A stretch of DNA of 56,992 bases, taken from contig JAUXAP010000004.1 of assembly GCA_030619865.1 (NCBI GenBank), positions 1-56,992 of the forward strand, written 5' to 3'. The position numbers and the translations under genes are program-made. The stretch is from Dehalococcoidia bacterium (GTDB lineage: Bacteria > Chloroflexota > Dehalococcoidia > Dehalococcoidales > JAUXAP01). The notes below the pieces were generated by a model that saw nothing but the letters and a program-made list of their open reading frames with translations, was not told the origin of the DNA and did not search any database. Shown piece by piece: positions 38,822 through 48,649 of the stretch (position 1 is the first letter of the stretch; each line of letters begins with the position of its first letter).

Positions 38822-39754
38822 ATGTTATATGGTACTGGCAAATATAGGTATGAGCTAGTTGATGGTTGGGCGAAATGTCCTGAAGGGTGGTCATTCATGG
38901 ATGTCGGTGGCTTAGCCATCGATTCGGAAGACAGAATATATGTATTAAACAGAGGTGACCATCCGGTGATGATTTTCGACCGTGAGGGCAACTTGCTGGC
39001 TTCGTGGGGGGAAGGTTACTTCAAAAGCGCTCACGGCATCTACGTTAGCCCTGATGGTTTCATCTACTGCACCGATGATGGCGACCATACAGTATCCAAA
39101 TTCACCTCTGAAGGTAAGCTATTACTAACATTGGGCACCAAAGGCAAGCCTTCAGATACTGGTTTTGAGCAAAAAGCTACTCTCCAGGAGAGCTGGGATA
39201 CGATAAAGGGTGGCCCACCATTCAACCGCCCGACTGCTGTAGCCCTGTCTGCCGCGGGTGAAATCTATGTAACCGATGGTCATGCTAACGTACGGGTACA
39301 TAAATTCACTCCTGATGGCAAGTTGCTTTTCTCATGGGGCGAGCCAGGCAATGGTCCCGGTCAGTTCAGAGTTCCCCACTTCCCCTGGGTGGACAAGCAG
39401 GAACGGGTCTGGATTGCTGACCAGGAGAACCACCGAATTCAGATTTTTAATGAGAAGGGTGAATTTCTCAACCAGTGGACTGGGTTTAAACGCCCGAACT
39501 GTATATTTATCGATGATGAGGAAGTGGTGTATATCTCTGAGCTAGGCCGGCGAGTAAGCATATTCACCATTGATGGTAAGCTGCTGGCACGCTGGGGCAG
39601 CGAAGGGGAAGATAAGGGAAAAGGGTTGTTTCTTGGTCCCCACGCCATAGTGGTAGACTCCCGTGGCGACCTCTATGTTGGCGAGATACCCATGACTATG
39701 GCTAAAGTTGACCGAGGACTCAGAGCTGTATATAAGTTTGCCAGGAAAACTTAG
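38822..39754 (+). CDS. NHL-repeat protein, peptidyl-alpha-hydroxyglycine lyase (PAL)-like
   Basis: NHL repeats FNRPTAVA, GQFRVPH, ADQENHRIQIF; no signal peptide. Confidence 0.8.
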   Translation: MLYGTGKYRYELVDGWAKCPEGWSFMDVGGLAIDSEDRIYVLNRGDHPVMIFDREGNLLASWGEGYFKSAHGIYVSPDGFIYCTDDGDHTVSKFTSEGKLLLTLGTKGKPSDTGFEQKATLQESWDTIKGGPPFNRPTAVALSAAGEIYVTDGHANVRVHKFTPDGKLLFSWGEPGNGPGQFRVPHFPWVDKQERVWIADQENHRIQIFNEKGEFLNQWTGFKRPNCIFIDDEEVVYISELGRRVSIFTIDGKLLARWGSEGEDKGKGLFLGPHAIVVDSRGDLYVGEIPMTMAKVDRGLRAVYKFARKT

Positions 39755-39785
39755 GCGTTAACTTGAATTGATAGAGTAAAAGGTA

Positions 39786-40685
39786 TCAAGCCTTCAAGAG
39801 GCCCAAATTGACTAATGTCTGTCTGATTTGGGCTCTTTGTTGCTTATTGAGCGGTAGCAGAGGCTTCCTTGCCGGTCCTGCCGGCAGACCGAGCATCTCC
39901 ATAGCCTCCTTGCAGGGTTGCACATAACCGGGGTCATAGTCGAGAAATCGGTTCAGGTTTTGCAACTTATTATGGATTGATAGGGCAGTTTTGTGGTCAC
40001 CTTTAGTAAAGGCATTGAAGAGTTCGACTATTTGCCCGGGGACGATACAGGCGGCTGTTGAAAAAATACCGGTGCTACCGGCGCATAAACTGGGGTAGAA
40101 CTGACTGTCTATGCCGGTGAGGGCGGGGAACTTATTAGTCGTTAATCTTATTACTTCCACCAGTTGGCCCAGGTCGGAATTACTCTGCTTTAGCCCGATT
40201 ATTCCATCGAGGGCAGCCAGCTTAGCGATTAAGGCAGGACTCAGGTTATTCCCTGTGTAGAACGGATTATTGTAAATAACCAGAGGGAGGTTCACATTGG
40301 CGACAACCTCCACAAAATACTCATAGAGGCTTTCCTCATTGAGTGGAAAGTAGTATGGGGGGATGAGGATAGCGGCATCTGCGCCTGCTTCCTCGGCGTC
40401 TTTGGTAAGCAGAATAGCCTCCATAGTGGAGCAGGCAGCCGTGCAGGCTATAACCGGCACCTGACCTTTGACTACCTCTACTACAATGCGTGCCACCCTT
40501 TCTCTTTCTTCTCGCAGGAGGTGAGGGAATTCCCCGTTACCGCCGGTGGTCATGATGGCATGAACCCCGTTTTCAAGCACATAGTTCGTTATCTTCCTCA
40601 GACTATCCTCAGCCAGTTGTCCGTCCTGCTTGAAAGGTGTAACAAGCGCTGGTATGACTCCCCTTAGGTCTTGTGCAGTCAGCAT
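39786..40685 (-). CDS. DapA/NAL-family class I aldolase
   Basis: GVIPALVTPF, GGNGE (variant of GTTGE), PPYYF, IYNNP, GLKQS. Confidence 0.85.
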   Translation of the reverse strand: MLTAQDLRGVIPALVTPFKQDGQLAEDSLRKITNYVLENGVHAIMTTGGNGEFPHLLREERERVARIVVEVVKGQVPVIACTAACSTMEAILLTKDAEEAGADAAILIPPYYFPLNEESLYEYFVEVVANVNLPLVIYNNPFYTGNNLSPALIAKLAALDGIIGLKQSNSDLGQLVEVIRLTTNKFPALTGIDSQFYPSLCAGSTGIFSTAACIVPGQIVELFNAFTKGDHKTALSIHNKLQNLNRFLDYDPGYVQPCKEAMEMLGLPAGPARKPLLPLNKQQRAQIRQTLVNLGLLKA

Positions 40686-40743
40686 CTTTCGCCTCCTTGA
40701 AGATTTATAAAGAATAGCAGGCTGAGAGGGTAAAAAGCCCGTA

Positions 40744-42087
40744 TCATTTTAAGGCGTATACGATAATGTCGCAAACATTAGTTCCCGTATTGCCAGTTAC
40801 TATAAGAGACCCACCAATTTTCTTTAGTAATGTGTTGCTATCGTACCTATCAAGGTATGATTCCACATCTATCCCTTTGGCTCTAGCGGCAGCTAAGGAA
40901 TTATTATCAACTATCGCCCCAGCTACATCAGGTAAGAAATCTGAACCATCGGTCCCAACACTGGCGACGATCCATTCACCTTTGTATTCTTGCATTGTTA
41001 GCATAGATACGGCGGCATACTGTTGGTTTCTGCCCCCTTTTCCTGCATTGTCTGGTAATTTCGGGGTTGTTTCTCCACCGATGAGAATTACATCATAGCC
41101 CTTATATTTAGCGTTTAATATCTCCTTTGCTCTAATTTGAGCTATAGTAGTTGTTTCACCCTTTTGCTCAGCAGTGGCTATATATGGATTAAATCCCATT
41201 TCATTTGCCCTTTTGGCCATAGCTTCTAAAGCCAGTCTGTTCTCGCCAATTATATAATTATGGCAATTATCCAGAGTTTTGGGAGTCTCTTCTACCTCAC
41301 CTCGGCAACCCTTCATCAAAAAGTCGATAACAGTCTTTGGTGCTCTCGACAATAAGTCATATCTTTCCAGTACATTATAAGCATCTGAAAAAGTTGAGGA
41401 ATCCGGGAATGTTGGTCCAGACGCAATAACATCTAAGTCATTACCAATTACGTCAGATAATATCAAGGAGACAACAGTTGCCGGTGCATAAAAACGACCT
41501 AACCCCCCTCCTTTTGTCTTAGAGAGGTGTTTTCTTACCGTATTAATTTCATGTATCTCAGCTCCACAGCCTAATAATAATTCTGTTATTGTCTGTTTAT
41601 CTTTCAAATCTACGTTATCAACCGGGCAAGGCATTAAGGCGGAACCTCCGCCTGAAATTAAACATATTACCAGATCATTCTCACCTATAGAATAACGTTC
41701 TCTGAGGGCCAGCATCTGCTTTACGCCATCAATACCTCTTTGGTCCGGCACCGGGTGACCTGCTTCTATTATTTTTATTCGGCTCGTTTTGTAATCAATG
41801 GTCTTACAATTCACAATCCCAGCTGATATGTTTTCTGGCGTTATGATGTTTTCCAGGGTTTCGGCCATAAGACCCGATGCCTTACCCCCGCCAACAACAA
41901 ATATCCTGCCTTTAGACAGGGGATAAGCATAGTCATTCATAGTTAAAATCCGGCGAGCTGAATCATAGTTAACTGCGGATTTCATAGTAGCCGGAGGGAG
42001 GACTCGAGCAATACCAACTTCAATAAGGTCCCAAACCTGCTTTCTTAATTCAGTTGTAGAAAGCTCACGCTTGTTTTTTATAATCAT
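40744..42087 (-). CDS. Glycerate 2-kinase (MOFRL/GckA family)
   Basis: GGGKAS, GHPVPD, LISGGGSAL, SDVIGND, GGET, GGRNQ, GTDG, TGTNV. Confidence 0.9.
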   Translation of the reverse strand: MIIKNKRELSTTELRKQVWDLIEVGIARVLPPATMKSAVNYDSARRILTMNDYAYPLSKGRIFVVGGGKASGLMAETLENIITPENISAGIVNCKTIDYKTSRIKIIEAGHPVPDQRGIDGVKQMLALRERYSIGENDLVICLISGGGSALMPCPVDNVDLKDKQTITELLLGCGAEIHEINTVRKHLSKTKGGGLGRFYAPATVVSLILSDVIGNDLDVIASGPTFPDSSTFSDAYNVLERYDLLSRAPKTVIDFLMKGCRGEVEETPKTLDNCHNYIIGENRLALEAMAKRANEMGFNPYIATAEQKGETTTIAQIRAKEILNAKYKGYDVILIGGETTPKLPDNAGKGGRNQQYAAVSMLTMQEYKGEWIVASVGTDGSDFLPDVAGAIVDNNSLAAARAKGIDVESYLDRYDSNTLLKKIGGSLIVTGNTGTNVCDIIVYALK

Positions 42088-42114
42088 AGCCTTCTTCAGC
42101 TTCTACATACCTTG

Positions 42115-42495
42115 TTACTCGTTGCTCTCCTTCTCGATGGTGATTGCTGTTCCCGAAGCTACTTGTGTAAATGTAGTTGCATCACCAATGACTTTGCCAA
42201 AGACAGTAACCGGGCTGGCTGGGCGGATCTGGTCTCCCTGACTAACCGGAGTTAGCCCAAAGAATATGCAAAAGGCATTGCCCGGCGGCCAATAGCCCAG
42301 GTCCCCGATGCTTACCACTTCTTGTCCAGCCTCCTGCTCGAGTTTGACGGGAATTGAGAAATATATTTCTTCCCCCCACCGATTAGCCTGACCTTTGATA
42401 GGCAAGGCTTCCCAGATTGCTTGAGCCGTCTTGTTATCATTTAGCTCGGCTGTTGCCTCAATTGGAGCGGCTTTTATTCGAATTTTTCTTCCCAT
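42115..42495 (-). CDS. Cyclophilin-like fold protein
   Basis: TAQAIWEALP, WGEEIYF, GDLGYWPPGNAFCIFFG. Confidence 0.85.
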   Translation of the reverse strand: MGRKIRIKAAPIEATAELNDNKTAQAIWEALPIKGQANRWGEEIYFSIPVKLEQEAGQEVVSIGDLGYWPPGNAFCIFFGLTPVSQGDQIRPASPVTVFGKVIGDATTFTQVASGTAITIEKESNE

Positions 42496-42519
42496 GTTAA
42501 TCTACCTCCAAACATTATT

Positions 42520-42547
42520 AGCGAGCCTGAATATTTTCAGGCTCGCT
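42520..42547. terminator. Perfect 12-bp hairpin between glxR and the cyclophilin-like gene
   Basis: agcgagcctgaa-tatt-ttcaggctcgct. Confidence 0.55.
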
Positions 42548-42566
42548 TGATTACAAGACAATCCGC

Positions 42567-43454
42567 CTATCCGCTGACCTTGTGGTTGGCCAGCTTTTCC
42601 AGTGCCAGCACCAAAGCTGAATGGTCTAGGTCACTGTCGCCCTGTGCTGCCACCGCATTATATAGTTCCTGCGCTGTGGCGGTATTAGGCAGGCTCAATC
42701 CCAGGATGCGCGCCCCTTCCAGGGCCAAGTTCAGGTCCTTTTGCTGATGTCGGATGCGAAAACCAGGCGCAAAGGTGCGCTTAATCATTCGTTCACCGTG
42801 CAGGTCTAGAATCCGGCTTTGGGCAAACCCACCAAGTAGTGCTTCCCTCACTTTTGCCGGGTCAGCGCCCGCTTTAGAGGCAAATAAAAGGGCTTCACTA
42901 ATCGCTTCAATGGTTAAACCAACTACAATCTGGTTGGCTACCTTACAGGTCTGGCCATCCCCGTTGCCACCGATATGGATGATGTTTTTGCCCATAATCT
43001 CAAAGTAAGGCTTGATTTGGGCAAACACTTTGGGTTTGCCACCTACCATAATGGAAAGAGCAGCCTTTTCCGCACCTACTTGGCCACCGGAAACAGGGGC
43101 ATCCAGCATTTCCACACCCATAGCATCGAGCTTTTTGGCAAACTCCTTAGTAGCGATCGGGGAGATGGAACTCATATCTACTACGATGGAACTTGACCTG
43201 ACGCCCTCAGCTACACCATCCTTGCCAAACAAGACAGCTTCCACATCGGGCGTATCTGGTACCATGATAATGATTATATCGGATTTCTGGGCTACCTCTT
43301 TGCAACTGCTACAGGCCACTGCACCCTTTGAAGCCAGTTCCTTGATCGATCCCGGGATCACGTCATAGACATGAACTGTGTGCCCAGCGGCTAGCAGATG
43401 ACCAGACATCGGCTTGCCCATTATCCCTAATCCAATAAATCCAATATTTGCCAT
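42567..43454 (-). CDS. glxR: 2-hydroxy-3-oxopropionate (tartronate semialdehyde) reductase
   Basis: IGFIGLGIMG, MVPDTPDV, LDAPVSGG, GQTCKVANQ, HGERMIKRTF.PGFRI..HQKDL-like segment. Confidence 0.9.
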   Translation of the reverse strand: MANIGFIGLGIMGKPMSGHLLAAGHTVHVYDVIPGSIKELASKGAVACSSCKEVAQKSDIIIIMVPDTPDVEAVLFGKDGVAEGVRSSSIVVDMSSISPIATKEFAKKLDAMGVEMLDAPVSGGQVGAEKAALSIMVGGKPKVFAQIKPYFEIMGKNIIHIGGNGDGQTCKVANQIVVGLTIEAISEALLFASKAGADPAKVREALLGGFAQSRILDLHGERMIKRTFAPGFRIRHQQKDLNLALEGARILGLSLPNTATAQELYNAVAAQGDSDLDHSALVLALEKLANHKVSG

Positions 43455-43468
43455 TGTTTTCCTCCTTT

Positions 43469-44251
43469 TTAAAGATAAGGTTTGACCCATCCAAGGCCAT
43501 CTTCTGTCACGCCAGCGGGATTGTACTCACACCCAATCCAACCATCATACCCTGCCTCATCAATGAAACGAAACAGGTTGGGGAAGTTAATCTCGCCAGT
43601 TCCCGGCTCGTGTCGTCCCGGATTATCGCCGAGCTGAATATGCGCGATAAGGGGAAGGTTATCTAGTATGGTTTTCGTCAGATTACCTTCCATAATCTGC
43701 ATATGATAGATGTCATATTGAAGCCGAATATTGGGGTGACCTACTTCCTTCATCAGCTGGAGTGAGTCTCGTGTATGTACCAGGTAAAATCCGGGAATAT
43801 CTTGGGAATTTAGGGGTTCGATTAGTAAGGTAATGTTTTCCTTTCCCAGGGCGGTGGCGGCAAATCGAAGGTTATCCACCAGCGTCTGGCGAACTTTTTC
43901 CGGTGGCGCCTCCTTGGGAGTTATTCCAACAAGGCAATTCAGGCGAGAGCATCGCAAAGCTTTAGCGTAATTGATAGCTAATCCCACGCCCTCTTGGAAT
44001 TCTCCCTCCCGTCCTGGCAAGCAGGCAATACCACGTTCCCCACCGGCCCAGTCACCAGCCGGCAGATTAAACAATACCTGTTCCAGACCATGCTTATCCA
44101 GCCTTTCCGCTAGCTCCGCCGCTTTCCATTCATAGGGAAGTAAGAATTCAATTCCTTTAAAACCAGCTATGGATGCCCGTTCAAAACGGTTCAGGAAATC
44201 AACCTCTTTGAATAGCATGGTTAAATTAGCGCTGAATTTGAGCATAAGCAT
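43469..44251 (-). CDS. hyi: Hydroxypyruvate isomerase
   Basis: FSANLTMLF, FNLPAGDW..GERG, YDIYHMQ, DNPGRHEPGTGEIN. Confidence 0.95.
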   Translation of the reverse strand: MLMLKFSANLTMLFKEVDFLNRFERASIAGFKGIEFLLPYEWKAAELAERLDKHGLEQVLFNLPAGDWAGGERGIACLPGREGEFQEGVGLAINYAKALRCSRLNCLVGITPKEAPPEKVRQTLVDNLRFAATALGKENITLLIEPLNSQDIPGFYLVHTRDSLQLMKEVGHPNIRLQYDIYHMQIMEGNLTKTILDNLPLIAHIQLGDNPGRHEPGTGEINFPNLFRFIDEAGYDGWIGCEYNPAGVTEDGLGWVKPYL

Positions 44252-44365
44252 TCCTCCTCATGTATGATTATCCAATCGCTATATACCATTATGCCAAGCT
44301 GTATATAGGCTGTCAAACAAACCTAGCGTGGTCTTCTGGAAAAGTGGTTTCTATTGCGCCTTTAT

Positions 44366-45124
44366 CTATTTCACCGCACCTCGGGCCTTAGCCAGTGCCA
44401 TCTGCGCACCCTGAACCATAAAACTTTCAGCGCTACCCACAGTATTGAAGATGAAACCTTTCTCTAATGCCCAATCGATGTTATCGAAGGTGGCAAACAT
44501 GCCCGCTGGTTTGCCGCACTGCTTGGCTGTCGCCAACACCTGGTCAAAGGCTTCCAAGTACCGTGGTTCGTTCCATTTCGGGGGCATACCAAATCCCAAG
44601 TTGCATGATAAATCTGAGGGTCCCACATAGCAGACATCTACCCCTGGCACCGAGAGTATCTCACCCAGGTTCTCTATCGCTTTTGGTGTCTCTACCTGAA
44701 CAGCAATAAGAATCTCATCATTAGCTGTTTTAAAGTAATCCGGGTCAAACTTCTGCGCCCGTCTGCCTGCAAAGCCCCTGATTCCCTCTGGCGGATATTT
44801 GCAAGCCCTCACCGCCATTTCCGCCTCCTCCTTTGAGTTGACCCAGGGAACTAGAACTCCGTAGGCGCCGATATCCAGAACGCGCTTGATAACTACGAAG
44901 TCATTCCATTGGGGCCTAACGATGGGAATACAGCTGCTCCCACCCATTGACTGCATCATTCCCTTCATGGTCTCATAGCTCAAGGTACCATGCTCGGAAT
45001 CCAGCACAAGCCAGTCAAACCCGAGCCGGGAGATTCTCTCGGTTATATCCGGGTGACCGATAGAAACAAAAGTGCCGATAACAGCCTCACCCTTCTTCAG
45101 TTTCTCTTTTAGTGGGTTCTTCAA
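44366..45124 (-). CDS. HpcH/HpaI (GarL-like) class II aldolase
   Basis: GFDWLVLDSEH, IKRVLDIGA, YPPEGIRG, QVET, VGPSDL. Confidence 0.9.
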   Translation of the reverse strand: MKNPLKEKLKKGEAVIGTFVSIGHPDITERISRLGFDWLVLDSEHGTLSYETMKGMMQSMGGSSCIPIVRPQWNDFVVIKRVLDIGAYGVLVPWVNSKEEAEMAVRACKYPPEGIRGFAGRRAQKFDPDYFKTANDEILIAVQVETPKAIENLGEILSVPGVDVCYVGPSDLSCNLGFGMPPKWNEPRYLEAFDQVLATAKQCGKPAGMFATFDNIDWALEKGFIFNTVGSAESFMVQGAQMALAKARGAVK

Positions 45125-45330
45125 TGTCTGCCTCCTTTTAGCTTTACCTTTTGGATGGGTTTAAAAACCCGAAGTTCACTATATAAAGCCATTGCGTAAA
45201 TGTCAAGAAAGAGTTAAATTCAGCCGCATAATTATTGTGTAGCCCAAATATTTTGATGGCCTTAAAACTACCTATATGGGTTGAAATATGCTTTAATATA
45301 TAAAGACATTAACCTTAAAGGAGAGATGGG

Positions 45331-45987
45331 ATGGACCAAATAGAGTTAAAGGTTACTAGCCGGGAGATTCTGGGTAAGAAGGTCAGGTTTTTACGCCGCC
45401 AGGGGGTTATTCCGGTGCATCTCTATGGTCCCGGTATCGAGTCAATGGCGTTACAATGTGACACCACTGAGCTTCAGCGTGTGTTAGATGAGGCAGGAAA
45501 AACACAGCTTATCAGTCTTAAAATCGATAACGAAAAAAAACCAAGGACCGTTGTAGTTCATGAAGTTCAGATAGAGCCGCAAACAGGTGAATCACTCCAT
45601 GTAGATTTTTATCAGGTGAAAATGGCGGAGAAGGTGAAGGTAGAGATTCCTATTGTTCTGGTTGGAGAAGCGCCCGCCTTGAAGTTAAAAGAGAATATGC
45701 TGGTACAGGAGCTCAATACTCTGTCTGTTGAGTGCCTCCCCGCTAAAATTCCTCCCAGCGTAGAACTGGACCTCAATTCCCTCACCGAGTCAGAGCAGGC
45801 AGTGCGAGTGAAGGACATTGAGCTGGACAGGGAAGTTACTGTTCTTAACGACCCGGAACTAGTGATGGTGAAAGTTAGTGTACGACGTATAGAGAAGGTA
45901 GAAGAACCGGTGATAGCTGAAGAAGAAGAAGAGGTTGAAGTTCCTGAAGAAGCTCCGGTAGGTGAAGAGGAACCAAAAGAGGAATAA
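45331..45987 (+). CDS. rplY: 50S ribosomal protein L25 (Ctc type)
   Basis: GKKVRFLRRQG.IP..LYG, HVDFY, acidic tail. Confidence 0.95.
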   Translation: MDQIELKVTSREILGKKVRFLRRQGVIPVHLYGPGIESMALQCDTTELQRVLDEAGKTQLISLKIDNEKKPRTVVVHEVQIEPQTGESLHVDFYQVKMAEKVKVEIPIVLVGEAPALKLKENMLVQELNTLSVECLPAKIPPSVELDLNSLTESEQAVRVKDIELDREVTVLNDPELVMVKVSVRRIEKVEEPVIAEEEEEVEVPEEAPVGEEEPKEE

Positions 45988-46033
45988 TTATTTGTATGCT
46001 TGATACCTCTATGTAGTAATCGTGACGCTCAAA

Positions 46034-46612
46034 TCACTGCTCCATTGTGATCAGCACATCATCTATATGGCATGTCTCCTTACTATCTACCAGTGCTGAA
46101 CCATCAAACCTTAACCTGAAGTCAGAATTGAAGTATTGAGAATCAGTTATCTCTTCACTAAAATAGCACCACTCTTTGTCCTGGAAAGTGGGATATTCTA
46201 TCAAATCATACAAGGTATCATATGTGCTGCCATTATAGAGCTGGACAAGTATATCGCCAGTATCCAAACCATCTGGATTGAACCAGAAGGATACGGTAAT
46301 ACTAGTTGCTTCTGATGCATCTAAACTGTCAGAGGTGAGGTAACCGTTAGTGTTCTTTTTGCACTCGGCAGCGTAACTACCGCTATGAGGGTAGGCTTTC
46401 CTACCCCAGTTGGTCGTTCCATTGTCATCCCAGTTACTATCCCATGGGTCGACTTCAAAACCATCATTAAGCAAAGTCACGGTTGCGATTTCCCAGGCGG
46501 TGAAGCGGCTACCAGTCGAAGCCTCACTATCACTGAAATAACCGAAGGTGCTTTTAGTGACCATAACCAGGAGCATGGTAAAAGCTAACAGGAGAAATAA
46601 GATTTTTTTCAT
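46034..46612 (-). CDS. SipW-class signal peptide protein with C-terminal beta-sandwich (CBM/MAM-like) domain
   Basis: MKK-hydrophobic-TFG|YFSDSEAST; DGFE..W, SFWF, HIDDV. Confidence 0.7.
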   Translation of the reverse strand: MKKILFLLLAFTMLLVMVTKSTFGYFSDSEASTGSRFTAWEIATVTLLNDGFEVDPWDSNWDDNGTTNWGRKAYPHSGSYAAECKKNTNGYLTSDSLDASEATSITVSFWFNPDGLDTGDILVQLYNGSTYDTLYDLIEYPTFQDKEWCYFSEEITDSQYFNSDFRLRFDGSALVDSKETCHIDDVLITMEQ

Positions 46613-46655
46613 TTCTGGCACCTCCTTTTTATTTTAGTGATAACCTCTACTCTGC

Positions 46656-47192
46656 TTACGGATTGTTAACTGTTTGCTCGGCAATAAAGTTGAAAGTTAC
46701 ATTGGTACTTAGACCCTAGTATTCATTCCCCGTATCAGCCGGCAGGGTAATCCTGATAGCTAGATAATCTTCAGAGCCACCAGCCACAATCCTGTCCCCT
46801 GCTTGTTGCCCTTGAGCTGGGTCACCAATGTGAGCCCCGCTGAGAGAGCCATTATACAAGTCTATGCTATTTTCATAGTCGTAGAGTCGGCACTGCAACT
46901 GATTAGCCAACGTTGTTCCTGAAACCACATCAGTGGTCATGGCGTAGCGAAGTTGCAAAGTGCCATTATTGTTGATGCTTACCCTTGCCTCAACTGTTTC
47001 TCCTGGCGCTATTGAGCTCACATTAAAGGGAAGCGGCACACCACTTTCATTAGTCCAGGACAAATCTAATGTTCCAGCAGCCAGGGTATTCCCAGTTGAG
47101 GTCTCAGTATCTAGAAAGTAAGCCCAGGCGCCGATGACAGACAAGCTGACAATGAGTAAGAAAGCGATAGTCAAGCCAAGTATCTTCTTCAT
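46656..47192 (-). CDS. TasA/CalY-family protein, interrupted by an in-frame TAG at 46718-46716
   Basis: MKKILGL...AWA|YFLDTETSTGN.LAAGTLDL, APGE, NNGTL; after TAG the frame continues GLSTNVTFNFIAEQ, aligning with the paralogue C-terminus. Confidence 0.8.
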
Positions 47193-47230
47193 CAGCACCC
47201 TCCTTTGCTTACAGTGTTTTTCTGGTAGTA

Positions 47231-47262
47231 GGGGCTAAGGGTCTTATGGACTCCCTGGCCCC
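47231..47262. terminator. GC-rich hairpin after the first TasA-like gene
   Basis: ggggctaagggtc...gactccctggcccc imperfect stem. Confidence 0.45.
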
Positions 47263-47297
47263 GTTCAGTTGGTGTTACGTATCTGGTTTAGCCTATC

Positions 47298-47918
47298 TTA
47301 GTCGGCGGCTGCTTGTTCCAGGGTAAAGGTTATGTCGAAGCTTACGCTGTCACCCTGAATATCATTCCCGGCCGTAGTTGGAATGCGCCATAAGATGATG
47401 AAGTCATCAGCAGCTGAAGCAATTATTGTCTCTACGGCATCAAAACTGTCGCTGCCGTAGTTGTCTATGGCGGCATAGTCTAAGGCAGTTGGATTATTAT
47501 AGGTAGTACCATCTGACTTAAGACCAATATCTCCGCTGCTCCAATCACCACTCTGGTCCACATCAATGTAGACCGCTATCTCAGCATTAGCTCCAAGCTC
47601 TCCACTACCACCCTCATATTCCGTGCCGCCGGCTCCAGGGGTATTGGTAATAGCTGAAAATGTGACATCCAGTTCCCCATTAAGACTGCCAGCATTAGCC
47701 AGCGTGCTGCTGCCGTTACCGCTGTCACCGGGCGCCTTGTCTGTCACTGAGAATGTGGTAACAGCTGTATTTCCCCCATCGATATTGAGGTCCAGTGTTC
47801 CGGCGGTGAGGCTGTTGTCCGTGCTTGCCTCAGTATCGCTGAAGTAAGCCCAGGTACCACCGCCCACCAATGCCATTACAAGTAATGCTGCTACTGTTAA
47901 ACCGAGTATCTTTTTCAT
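47298..47918 (-). CDS. TasA/CalY-family protein (likely major subunit)
   Basis: MKKILGL...GTWA|YFSDTEASTDN.LTAGTLDL, APGD, NAGSL, GNDIQGD...FTLEQ; AGGAGG RBS. Confidence 0.85.
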   Translation of the reverse strand: MKKILGLTVAALLVMALVGGGTWAYFSDTEASTDNSLTAGTLDLNIDGGNTAVTTFSVTDKAPGDSGNGSSTLANAGSLNGELDVTFSAITNTPGAGGTEYEGGSGELGANAEIAVYIDVDQSGDWSSGDIGLKSDGTTYNNPTALDYAAIDNYGSDSFDAVETIIASAADDFIILWRIPTTAGNDIQGDSVSFDITFTLEQAAAD

Positions 47919-47985
47919 TCCTTTTCCTCCTTTTTTGTGTTAGTAGTTTGCGTTTCGGGTTGTTATCTAGCCCCACCTAGCTCCT

Positions 47986-48043
47986 TTTCATTCTAGTGTG
48001 TCAAAATTAATTACTCATAAAAACTGTATTTAGATTCCATTAA
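47986..48043 (-). promoter_or_regulatory. Copy 1 of a 58-bp upstream element
   Basis: Ungapped match to 48962-49019 with identical 18-bp core aaattaattactcataaa (48004-48021). Confidence 0.7.
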
Positions 48044-48046
48044 AAA

Positions 48047-48649
48047 TCATGCTTTGCCCAGTGCTTCTTTCACTATCTCCTTAGCAAGCAAGGCAACAAG
48101 TAATGTAGCCGGAAGAATAATCGTCAAGAACCAGCCGAGTTTGGTTCGGATGAAATTTAATGCATAACCTACATAAGGAAGCTTCAGCAGGTAAATGCCT
48201 CTAACATCAGATAAGGTAACTGGCCAAGGGTCAGTCTCTTCAAGGGCCTCACCCTTGGTCACCAAGGCGCTACCATCAACTGACACTACTCTATGGGTGA
48301 CCAGCCCCTTCCCGCGCTCGTAGGTTACAATTGCCTCTGGTTTTACCTCGCCGTTAAATGGGCCGTTTATAGGGCCGGTGATTACCATGTCTCCCATATT
48401 GATGGCTGGTTTCATGCTCTCGCTCCTCACCATATATATGTTGTAAGCGGGTGAAAAATGGATAAAGGCAAAAGCGCCAATAATAATAGCGAGCACTATT
48501 GAGGCTATCCAGGTGAGAATGTTCACCCATGAATTTCCATTTGTCCTTTCGGCCACTTTTACCCTGCTTGGCCGGCTTGCTGTTAAGGAGTAGTGGCACC
48601 ATTGACAATCGGTGCCTTGAATTATTTGTTCGCAGTTAGGACACATCAT
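48047..48649 (-). CDS. sipW: Signal peptidase I, SipW/archaeal type, with N-terminal zinc ribbon
   Basis: VRSESMKP..NMGD (Ser), VTHRV (His), TKGEA..D; starts ATG 48649 with ATGA overlap; CPNC-x8-CQWC. Confidence 0.82.
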   Translation of the reverse strand: MMCPNCEQIIQGTDCQWCHYSLTASRPSRVKVAERTNGNSWVNILTWIASIVLAIIIGAFAFIHFSPAYNIYMVRSESMKPAINMGDMVITGPINGPFNGEVKPEAIVTYERGKGLVTHRVVSVDGSALVTKGEALEETDPWPVTLSDVRGIYLLKLPYVGYALNFIRTKLGWFLTIILPATLLVALLAKEIVKEALGKA

